From Azolla caroliniana (taxonomy: Eukaryota > Plantae > Polypodiophyta), in contig JBHGNT010000145.1 in the NCBI GenBank assembly GCA_043228905.1, positions 2,664-66,663 of the forward strand: a stretch of DNA of 64,000 nt. Reading direction: 5' to 3'. Below the pieces are notes generated by a model that had not been told where the DNA came from, did no database searches, and saw only the letters and a program-made list of their open reading frames with translations. A program made the translations under genes and the position numbers. Position 1 is the first letter of the stretch. Every line of letters starts with the position of its first letter. Below are positions 49,799 through 59,800 of this stretch, piece by piece.

Positions 49799-52700
49799 GA
49801 TCTGTGCAGCCCATTAGTGGTTCCATTCCCTCTAAGCAAGTTAGTGATGTGTTCGTAGTCCAAGTAGCAGTTAGTACTAAAAGAACCCCTCCAGTACATA
49901 CCTTAGCCCTTCTAGATTCCGGAGCTAATTCTTGCTTCATGGATAGGAATTTTGCCCGAGCTCATCAGATATCTCTCAGAAAGCTCCCATGTCCAGCCTC
50001 AGTAGTAGTCATTGATGGTCGTCCCATTGCTTCTGGTAATATCATAGAAGAGTCGGAACCCGTTAATATTGTCCTAGATAACTTAACATGTGTAGTATCA
50101 TTTAATATTATTAGTATTCCAGAACATCCCATAGTTTTAGGATTACCATGGTTCGAGTTACATGACCCAGACATAGATTGGAGGACAAGGGAAATCCGGT
50201 TGCGACAAACCCAAGGATCTACCCAGAAGGTTGCAACCATTTCGCTACGTCAGTTGCGTGAGGAAGGGCGCAAGGAGGAAATGTTTCTCTTTGCAATATC
50301 AGTACAACCCTCCAGCACCACCAAAGAGGAGTCCACCGTTCAACTTCCCGAGAAGTATCGTCAGTATGCTGATGTGTTCGATAAAGTACAAGCCAACACA
50401 CTTCCTCATCATCGGCCGTACGACTGCGCCATCGACTTACAACCGGGAAAAGAGCCGCCATGGGGGCCGATCTACAATTTGTCACCAACCGAGCTAGAAG
50501 TCCTTCGAGCCTATATAGAGGAGAATTTGGAGAACGGTTTCATTCGGCATTCGAAATCTCCAGCCGGCGCACCCATTTTCTTCGTCAAGAAAAAAGATGG
50601 CTCGCTTCGACTCGTTGTAGATTACCGTGGCTTGAATAAGGTCACAGTAAGAAATAGGTATGCTCTTCCCCTTATCTCAAGTCTTTTAGAACGGATCAAC
50701 GGTGCCAGGTTCTTCACGAAGATCGACTTACGAGGAGCCTATAACCTCGTACGGATCCGACCAGGAGATGAATGGAAGACCGCGTTTCGCACCAGATATG
50801 GGCACTTCGAGTATACGGTCATGCCGTTCGGACTCACTAATGCGCCGGCAGTCTTCCAGCACATGGCGAATGATATATTTCGAGACCTCTTGGATGATTT
50901 TTTGATCATCTATTTGGATGATCTACTGGTTTATTCAAAGACCCAAGAAGAACATGATTCTCATGTACTATTAGTACTAAAACGACTTCGAGAACATGGT
51001 CTGTATGCAAAGTTAGAGAAATGTAGTTTCGGGTGCAACCAAGTGGAGTTTCTCGGCTATGTCATCTCCTCAGAAGGCATATCTATGGACCCAGCCAAGG
51101 TCAAAACGGTGATAGAATGGCACACTCCGCGTTCGGTGCGGGATGTGCAATGCTTCCTAGGCTTTGCAAATTTCTATCGGAAGTTCATACAAAATTACTC
51201 AAAAATTGTGCTGCCTCTCACACAGCTCACCAGGAAGGGACAATCATTCATTTGGTCTAAAGAGACGGACATGGCTTTCGAGAGTCTTAAGAAGGCGTTT
51301 ACATCAGCTCCAATTTTAGGTCATGTGGATCCGGAAAAACCATTCATTATCGAAGCTGATGCATCGGATTTCGCATTGGGGAGCATTCTGTCACAACAGG
51401 GTAACGACGAGAAGCTACATCCTGTGGCTTTCCACTCCCGTAAGTTTGACGCCGCCGAAATCAACTACGAAATTCATGATAAAGAGCTATTAGCAATAGT
51501 TGATTCTTTTATGCAATGGAGGCATTTCCTGGAGGGATCTCCTCATCAGGTCACTGTATTCAGTGACCACAAGAACCTTGCCTACTTTCAAGATGCTCGT
51601 GTACTGAATCGACGTCAAGCTCGGTGGGCCCATTTCCTCACACGCTTCGACTTCAAAATTACATATCGTCCGGGGAAGCACCAAGGGAAGGCAGATGCAT
51701 TATCACGGCGCTCGTATCTAACACCACGTCCCGGTGAGCCAGCTTTCGATAACCAGAAGCAAGTAATCTTGGGTCCAGCACGACTGCAAGCAGCACAGAT
51801 CTTTGACATGCCCGTGGATTCCGACATTACCAATACTATACGTGAGGACTTGAAGACTGACGCTTTCGCCCAAGCTATACTAGCACAAATTGACCCCTCT
51901 CGAGCGTCATGTTCACAATCACAATCACCAGGTACGGATTATCGGCAATTCAAATACTGTGATGGATTACTCTTCTTTAAAGAACTTTTGTATGTTCCTA
52001 ATGGTTCTTGCCGCCTTCAAGTAGTACAAAACTGCCATGACACATATACAGCAGGACATTTTGGTAGTACTAAAACATTAGATTTAGTACAACGATCATT
52101 CTGGTGGCCCCGTATGCGACAATTTGTCGAAGATTTTGTTCGGACTTGCGATACATGCTGCAGAGCGAAAATGCCAAGACATCATCCATATGGTTTATTA
52201 GAACCATTACCAATTCCAAGCAAGCCATGGCAATCCATTGCTCTTGACTTCATTACAGATCTTCCAGTCTCTAAGGGATTCAGTGCGATTCTCACAGTGG
52301 TGGATCGATATACGAAGATGGCTCATTTCTTACCATGTACTAAAGAAATATCTAGTGAAGACACCGCCGAAATTGTCATGCGGGAAGTATGTCGGCATCA
52401 TGGACTCCCTGATAATATCATCAGCGATCGTGGACCCCAGTTTGTGTCAAAATTCTGGAAGCACCTTTTTAAAATGCTGAAGGTCACTTGTAACCTCTCC
52501 TCCGGCTACCACCCACAAACCGACGGTCAAGCCGAACGAACAAATCAAACACTGGAGCAGTATCTGCGGTGCTTTCTCAACTATCATCAGAATGACTGGG
52601 CAGATATTCTTCCGTTCGCCGAATTTGCCTATAATAACGCTATCCACGCATCGACTAAAGTCACGCCATTCTACGCTTATACGGGATATCATCCCCGGTG

Positions 52701-53343
52701 GTGTGTCCTTGAAACCCCAGAAGTGTCCACAAATCCTTGCGCGGAGGATCGTTTGGAGCGGTTACGCAAGATACAAGCGGATTTATCTACTCAACTCCAG
52801 CAAGCTCAACAATCACACAAGGACTACGCAGATCGTCATCGACTTCCATCCAGTTTTAACATTGGAGATCGGGTGTGGCTGCTACGACGACACATCAAGA
52901 CTACTCGCCCATGTGAGAAGTTGGATTATCGACGATTAGGTCCTTTCCGTATTATCGGGAAGATTAATGATGTCGCTTTTCGTCTCGAGCTACCTCCGCA
53001 ACTTCGGATACACCCGGTGTTTCATAGTTCTCTCCTCGAACCCTATCACGAGAGCACTATCCCAGGACGTACTATACAACCTCCACCTCCTATCGAGCTC
53101 GAAGATGGACCTGAGTATGAGGTCGCTGCCATCCTCGATTCCAAGATTGTTCGCAACAAGCTCTACTATCTAGTCGATTGGCTAGGATATAGTCCCAGCG
53201 AGCGTACTTGGGAACCGATCGAGAATGTGACCAATGCTCGTGCTCTTCTAGAAGACTTCCATCGACGATATCCCGAGAAACCGGGTCCTCAATCCAAAAC
53301 GACTCGTGAAACTCGTCGTTTTAAAGGGGGGATAGTGTCATAA
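49753..53343 (+). CDS. pol: Pol polyprotein (aspartic protease, reverse transcriptase, RNase H, integrase, chromodomain), probably expressed as a Gag-Pol fusion by -1 frameshift
   Basis: Protease ALLDSGA; RT motifs KIDLRGAY, MPFGLTNAP and YLDD (50911-50922); RNase H EADASDFALG and HDKELLAI. Integrase has H..H..CDTC, LDFITDL, SDRGPQF, GQAERTNQ and the GPF module, followed by chromodomain EYEVAAILD..YYLVDWLGY..RTWEP. The frame is open from 49732, in -1 relative to gag; the ORF-track start at 49786 is a TTG. Confidence 0.95.
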   Translation, partial: RLSPAKIGAVWLDSPRSVQPISGSIPSKQVSDVFVVQVAVSTKRTPPVHTLALLDSGANSCFMDRNFARAHQISLRKLPCPASVVVIDGRPIASGNIIEESEPVNIVLDNLTCVVSFNIISIPEHPIVLGLPWFELHDPDIDWRTREIRLRQTQGSTQKVATISLRQLREEGRKEEMFLFAISVQPSSTTKEESTVQLPEKYRQYADVFDKVQANTLPHHRPYDCAIDLQPGKEPPWGPIYNLSPTELEVLRAYIEENLENGFIRHSKSPAGAPIFFVKKKDGSLRLVVDYRGLNKVTVRNRYALPLISSLLERINGARFFTKIDLRGAYNLVRIRPGDEWKTAFRTRYGHFEYTVMPFGLTNAPAVFQHMANDIFRDLLDDFLIIYLDDLLVYSKTQEEHDSHVLLVLKRLREHGLYAKLEKCSFGCNQVEFLGYVISSEGISMDPAKVKTVIEWHTPRSVRDVQCFLGFANFYRKFIQNYSKIVLPLTQLTRKGQSFIWSKETDMAFESLKKAFTSAPILGHVDPEKPFIIEADASDFALGSILSQQGNDEKLHPVAFHSRKFDAAEINYEIHDKELLAIVDSFMQWRHFLEGSPHQVTVFSDHKNLAYFQDARVLNRRQARWAHFLTRFDFKITYRPGKHQGKADALSRRSYLTPRPGEPAFDNQKQVILGPARLQAAQIFDMPVDSDITNTIREDLKTDAFAQAILAQIDPSRASCSQSQSPGTDYRQFKYCDGLLFFKELLYVPNGSCRLQVVQNCHDTYTAGHFGSTKTLDLVQRSFWWPRMRQFVEDFVRTCDTCCRAKMPRHHPYGLLEPLPIPSKPWQSIALDFITDLPVSKGFSAILTVVDRYTKMAHFLPCTKEISSEDTAEIVMREVCRHHGLPDNIISDRGPQFVSKFWKHLFKMLKVTCNLSSGYHPQTDGQAERTNQTLEQYLRCFLNYHQNDWADILPFAEFAYNNAIHASTKVTPFYAYTGYHPRWCVLETPEVSTNPCAEDRLERLRKIQADLSTQLQQAQQSHKDYADRHRLPSSFNIGDRVWLLRRHIKTTRPCEKLDYRRLGPFRIIGKINDVAFRLELPPQLRIHPVFHSSLLEPYHESTIPGRTIQPPPPIELEDGPEYEVAAILDSKIVRNKLYYLVDWLGYSPSERTWEPIENVTNARALLEDFHRRYPEKPGPQSKTTRETRRFKGGIVS
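53323..53335 (+). promoter_or_regulatory. Polypurine tract
   Basis: AAAGGGGGGATAG directly abuts the TG of the 3' LTR. Confidence 0.9.
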
Positions 53344-53406
53344 CTAGACTCGAACCCATAACCTTTTCTTACACGGGTCGAGACTTTACCATTAGGTTAT
53401 GAGTTG
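53336..53406 (-). other. Degenerate tRNA-like segment in the 3' LTR (points antisense into pol)
   Basis: Same sequence as 48042-48112 with one substitution. Confidence 0.55.
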
Positions 53407-53625
53407 TAATTTGAAGGATATTATTTTCATTTAGGTTTTATTAGGAAATTGATGTATATTCCAGATTTCTCTGGAACATTCTAGAAACTTCAGGAGTATT
53501 CCTGAAGACACTATAAAAGGAGGCGCAAGGCATTAGTTCGAACCAAATCGGTTCAACGCCAGTCTTAAGCCTTCTAACTACTGTTGTATATCTTCCGTCA
53601 TATAATACATATATCTTTCGCATCA

Positions 53626-53630
<5 letters not shown>

Positions 53631-53695
<65 letters not shown>

Positions 53696-53698
53696 ACT
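53631..53698. repeat. (CT)30(CACT)2 microsatellite in the 3' LTR
   Basis: Counted directly. Confidence 0.95.
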
Positions 53699-53828
53699 CA
53701 TTCCTTCTCTCAAAGTTCGACACCTCTCATAGTACTAATCCTTCTCTGTCTTAGTACTATTCCCCAACAATAGTACTAATCCTTCTTTTAGTACTAATTC
53801 CTTCTCTGCCTGAATAGAGTTCCTGACA

Positions 53829-56800
53829 CTCTCAACTCACTCCTCAAATTTGCTAATTTCGTCATTTCTCTCGACCTGAGTTTCAAAATCTTGATTTTTT
53901 AACTCCATATCATAGCTAGCGTTTGAACACAAAAATCCGATATCACACTCGCCAGGTATGAACATTTTAATTTACTCAAGCCCTCCTCTGAACTCCCTCC
54001 TCATGGTTGCTAATTTCGTCGTGTCTCTCGACCTGAGTTTTATAATCTTGATTTTTTAATTCCATTTCATAGCTAGCGTTGTTAGCTTCGATTCGCATGT
54101 TTGAACACAAAAATCCGATATCACACGAGCCAGGTATGAACATTTTAATTTACTCAAGGCCTCCTCTAAACTCCCTCCTCATGTTTGCTAATTTCGTCAT
54201 GTCTCTCGACCTGAGTTTCAAAATCTTGATTTTTTAATTCCATATCATAGCTAGCGTGGTTAGCTTCGATTCGCATGATTGAATACAAAAATCCGATATC
54301 ACACGAGCTAGGTATGAACATTTTAATTTACTCAAGGCCTCCTGTGAACTCCCTCCTCATGTTTGCTAATTTGGTCATGTCTCTCGACTTGAGTTTCAAA
54401 ATCTTGATTTTTTTAATTCCATATCATACCTAGCGTTGTTAGCTTCCATTCACATGTTTGTACACAAAAATCCGATATCACACTCGCTAGGTATGAACAT
54501 TTTAATGTACTCAAGGGCTCCTCTCAACTCACTCCTCAAATTTGGTAATTTCGTCATTTCTCTCGACCTGAGTTTCAAAATCTTGAGTTTTTTAACTCCA
54601 TATCATAGCTAGCGTTGTTAGCTTCGATTCGCATGTTTGAACACAAAAATCCGATATCACACTCGCCAGGTATGAACATTTTAATTTACTCAAGGCCTCC
54701 TCTGAACTCCCTCCTCATGGTTGCTAATTTCGTCGTGTCTCTCGACCTGAGTTTTATAATGTTGATTTTTTAATCCCATTTCATAGCTAGCGTTGTTAGC
54801 TTCGATTCGCATGTTTGAACACAAAAATCCGATATCACACTCGCTAGGTATGAACCTTTTAATTTACTCAAGGCCTCCTCTGAACTCCCTCCTCATGTTT
54901 GCTAATTTCGTCATGTCTCTCGACCTGAGTTTCAAAATCTTGATTTTTTAATTCCATATTATCGATAGCGTTGTTAGATTCGATTCGCATGTTTGAACAC
55001 AAAAATCCGATATCACACGAGCCAGGTATGAACATTTTAATTTACTCAAGGCCTCCTTTGAACTCCCTCCTCATGTTTGCTAATTTCGTCATGTCTCTCG
55101 ACCTGAGTTTCAAAATCTTGATTTTTTAATTCCATATCATACCTAACGGTGTTAGCTTCGATTCGCGTGTTTGTACACAAAAATCCGATATCACACTCGC
55201 TAGGTATGAACATTTTAATTTACTCAAGGGCTCCTCTGAACTCCCTCCTCATGTTTGCTAATTTCGTCGTGTCTCTCGACCTGAGTTTCAAAATCTTGAT
55301 TTTTTAAAAACATATCATAGCTAGCGTTGTTAGCTTCGATTCGCATGTTAGAACACAAAAATCCGATATCACCCGAGCTAGGTATGAACATTTTAATTTA
55401 CTCAAGGCCTCTTGTGAACTCCCTCCTCATGGTTGCTAATTTCGTCGTGTCTCTCGACCTGAGTTTCATAATCTTGATTTTTTAATTCCATTTCATAGCT
55501 AGCGTTGTTAGCTTCGATTCGCATGTTTGAACACAAAAATCCGATATCACACGAGCCAGATATGAACATTTTAATTTACCTACTAGCTCTTCCCAACTCA
55601 GTCCTGAAATTTGGTAATTTCGTCATGTCTCTCGACCTGAGTTTCAAAATCTTGATTTTTTAATTCCATATCATAGCTAGCGTTGCTATCTTCGATTCGC
55701 ATGTTTGAACACAAAAATCCAATATCACACGAGCTAGGTATGAACATTTTAATTTACTCAAGGCCTCCTCTGAACTCCCTCCTTATGTTTGCTAATTTCG
55801 TCATGTCTCTCGACCTGAGTTTCAAAATCTTGATTTTTTAATTCCATATTATCGATTGCGTTGTTAGCTTCGATTCGCATGTTTGAACACAAAAATCCGA
55901 TATCACACTCGCTAGGTATGAACATTTTAATTTACTCAAGGGCTCCTCTCAACTCACTCCTCAAATTTGCTAATTTCGTCATTTCTCTCGACCTGAGTTT
56001 CAAAATCTTGATTTTTTAATTCCATATCATAGCTAGCGTTGTTAGCTTCGATTCGCATGTTGGAACACAAAAATCCGATATCACACTCGCTAGGTATGAA
56101 CATTTTAATTTACTCAAGGCCTCCTGTGAACTCCCTCCTCATGTTTGCTAATGTCGTCATGTCTCTCGACTTGAGTTTCAAAATCTTGATTTTTTAATTT
56201 CATATCATAGCTAACGTTGTTAACTTCGATTCGTATGTTTGTACACAAAAATCCGATATCACACTCGCTAGGTATGAACATTTTAATTTACTCAAGGGCT
56301 CCTCTGAACTCCCTCCTCATGTTTGCTAATTTCGTCATGTCTCTCGACCTGAGTTACAAAATCTTGATTTTTTAAAAACATATCATAGCTAGCGTTGTTA
56401 GCTTCGATTCGCATGTTAGAACACAAAAATCCGATATCACCCGAGCTAGGTATGAACATTTTAATTTACTCAAGGCCTCTTGTGAACTCCCTCCTCATGG
56501 TTGCTAATTTCGTCGTGTCTCTCGACCTGAGTTTCATAATCTTGATTTTTTAATTCCATTTCATAGCTAGCGTTGTTAGCTTCGATTCGCATGTTTGAAC
56601 ACAAAAATCCGATATCACACGAGCCAGATATGAACATTTTAATTTACCTACTAGCTCTTCCCAACTCAGTCCTGAAATTTGGTAATTTCGTCATGTCTCT
56701 CCACCTGAGTTTCAAAATCTTGATCTTTTAATTCCATATCATAGCTAGCGTTGCTATCTTCGATTCGCATGTTTGAACACAAAAATCCAATATCACACGA

Positions 56801-59800
56801 GCTAGGTATGAACATTTTAATTTACTCAAGGCCTCCTCTGAACTCCCTCCTTATGTTTGCTAATTTCGTCATGTCTCTCGACCTGAGTTTCAAAATCTTG
56901 ATTTTTTAATTCCATATTATCGATTGCGTTGTTAGCTTCGATTCGCATGTTTGAACACAAAAATCCGATATCACACTCGCTAGGTATGAACATTTTAATT
57001 TACTCAAGGGCTCCTCTCAACTCACTCCTCAAATTTGCTAATTTCGTCATTTCTCTCGACCTGAGTTTCAAAATCTTGATTTTTTAATTCCATATCATAG
57101 CTAGCGTTGTTAGCTTCGATTCGCATGTTGGAACACAAAAATCCGATATCACACTCGCTAGGTATGAACATTTTAATTTACTCAAGGCCTCCTGTGAACT
57201 CCCTCCTCATGTTTGCTAATGTCGTCATGTCTCTCGACTTGAGTTTCAAAATCTTGATTTTTTAATTTCATATCATAGCTAACGTTGTTAACTTCGATTC
57301 GTATGTTTGTACACAAAAATCCGATATCACACTCGCTAGGTATGAACATTTTAATTTACTCAAGGGCTCCTCTCAACTCACTCCTCAAATTTGCTAATTT
57401 CGTCATTTCTCTCGACCTGAGTTTCAAAATCTTGATTTTTTAACTCCATATCATAGCTAGCGTTGTTAGCTTCGATTCCCATGTTTGAACACAAAAATCC
57501 GATATCACACTCGCTAGGTATGAACATTTTAATTTACTCAAGACCTCCTCTGAACTCCCTCCTCATGTTTGCTAATTTCGTCCCTGAGTTTCAAAATCTT
57601 GATTTTTTAATTCCATATCATACCTAGCGTTGTTAGCTTCGATTCGCCTGTTTGAACACAAAAATCCGATATCACACGAGCCAGGTATGAACATTTTAAT
57701 TTACTCAAGGCCTCCTTTGAACTCCCTCCTCATGTTTGCTAATTTCGTCATGTCTCTCGACCTGAGTTTCAAAATCTTGATTTTTTAATTCCATATTATC
57801 GATAGCGTTGTTAGCTTCGATTCGCATGTTTGAACACAAAAATCCGATATCACACACGCTAGGTATGAACATTTTAATTTACTCAAGGGCTCCTCTGAAC
57901 TCCCTCCTCATGTTTGCTAATTTCGTCATGTCTCTCGACCTGAGTTTCAAAATTTTGATTTTTTAACTCCATATCATAGCTAACGTTGTTAGCTTCGATT
58001 CGCATGTTTGAATACAAAAATCCGATATCACACTCGCTAGGTATGAACACTTTAATTTACTCAAGACCTCCTCTCAACTCCCTCCTCATGTTTGCTATTT
58101 GCGTCCTTGAGTTTCAAAATCTTGATTTTTTAATTCCATATCATAGCTAGGGTTGTTAGCTTCGATTCGCATGTTTGAACACAAAAATCCGATATCACAC
58201 GAGCTAGGTATGAACATTTTAATTTACTCAAGGCCTCTTGTGAACTCCCTCCTCATGTTTGCTAATTTGGTCATGTCTCTCGACTTGAGTTTAAAAATCT
58301 TGATTTTTTTAATTCCATATCATACCTAGCGTTGTTAGCTTCAATTCGCATGTTTGTACACAAAAATCCGATATCACACTCGCTAGGTATGAACATTTTA
58401 ATTTACTCAAGGGCTCCTCTCAACTCACTCCTCAAATTTGCTAATTTCGTCATTTCTCTCGACCTGAGTTTCAAAATCTTGATTTTTTAACTCCATATCA
58501 TAGCTAGCGTTGTTAGCTTCGATTCGCATGTTTGAACACAAAAATCCGATATCACACTCGCCAGGTATGAACATTTTAATTTACTCAAGGCCTCCTCTGA
58601 ACTCCCTCCTCATGTTTGCTAATGTCGTCATGTCTCTCGACTTGAGTTTCAAAATCTTGATTTTTTAATTTCATATCATAGCTAACGTTGTTAACTTCGA
58701 TTCGTATGTTTGTACACAAAAATCCGATATGACACTCGCTAGGTATGAACATTTTAATTTACTCAAGGGCTCCTCTCAACTCACTCCTCAAATTTGCTAA
58801 TTTCGTCATTTCTCTCGACCTGAGTTTCAAAATCTTGATTTTTTAACTCCATATCATAGCTAGCGTTGTTAGCTTCGATTCCCATGTTTGAACACAAAAA
58901 TCCGATATCACACTCGCTAGGTATGAACATTTTAATTTACTCAAGACCTCCTCTGAACTCCCTCCTCATGTTTGCTAATTTCGTCCCTGAGTTTCAAAAT
59001 CTTGATTTTTTAATTCCATATCATACCTAGCGTTGTTAGCTTCGATTCGCCTGTTTGAACACAAAAATCCGATATCACACGAGCCAGGTATGAACATTTT
59101 AATTTACTCAAGGCCTCCTTTGAACTCCCTCCTCATGTTTGCTAATTTCGTCATGTCTCTCGACCTGAGTTTCAAAATCTTGATTTTTTAATTCCATATT
59201 ATCGATAGCGTTGTTAGCTTCGATTCGCATGTTTGAACACAAAAATTCGATATCACACACGCTAGGTATGAACATTTTAATTTACTCAAGGGCTCCTCTG
59301 AACTCCCTCCTCATGTTTGCTAATTTCGTCATGTCTCTCGACCTGAGTTTCAAAATTTTGATTTTTTAACTCCATATCATAGCTAACGTTGTTAGCTTCG
59401 ATTCGCATGTTTGAATACAAAAATCCGATATCACACTCGCTAGGTATGAACACTTTAATTTACTCAAGACCTCCTCTCAACTCCCTCCTCATGGTTGCTA
59501 TTTTCGTCGTGTCTCTCGACCTGAGTTTCAAAATCTTGATTTTTTAATTCCATATCATAGCTAGGGTTGTTAGCTTCGATTCGCATGTTTGAACACAAAA
59601 ATCCGATATCACACGAGCTAGGTATGAACATTTTAATTTACTCAAGGCCTCTTGTGAACTCCCTCCTCATGTTTGCTAATTTGGTCATGTCTCTCGACTT
59701 GAGTTTAAAAATCTTGATTTTTTTAATTCCATATCATACCTAGCGTTGTTAGCTTCAATTCGAATGTTTGTACACAAAAATCCGATATCACACTCGCTAG

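Larger units (their letters stand above)
48042..53828 (+). mobile_element. Full-length Ty3/gypsy chromovirus LTR retrotransposon (Tf1/sushi-type self-priming group, probably Tcn1-like), 5787 bp
   Basis: Two near-identical LTRs with TGTCA...TGACA termini and a 5-bp TSD CTCTC (48037-48041 and 53829-53833). Intact gag and pol in PR-RT-RH-IN-chromodomain order, with a PPT before the 3' LTR. The clade assignment is an inference and needs an RT phylogeny. Confidence 0.97.
53336..53828 (+). repeat. 3' LTR (493 bp)
   Basis: Starts TGTCATAAC immediately after the PPT and ends TCCTGACA before the TSD. It is 34 bp longer than the 5' LTR because of (CT)30(CACT)2 vs (CT)17. Confidence 0.97.

Noticed and set aside
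48600-53173. Small alternative-frame and antisense ORFs overlapping gag/pol
   Set aside because: They are shadows of the long ORFs, 62-115 aa, with no recognisable motifs.
48590-53343. Domesticated PEG10/RTL1-like host gene
   Set aside because: Intact LTRs, TSD, PPT and complete RT and integrase show this is a mobile element.
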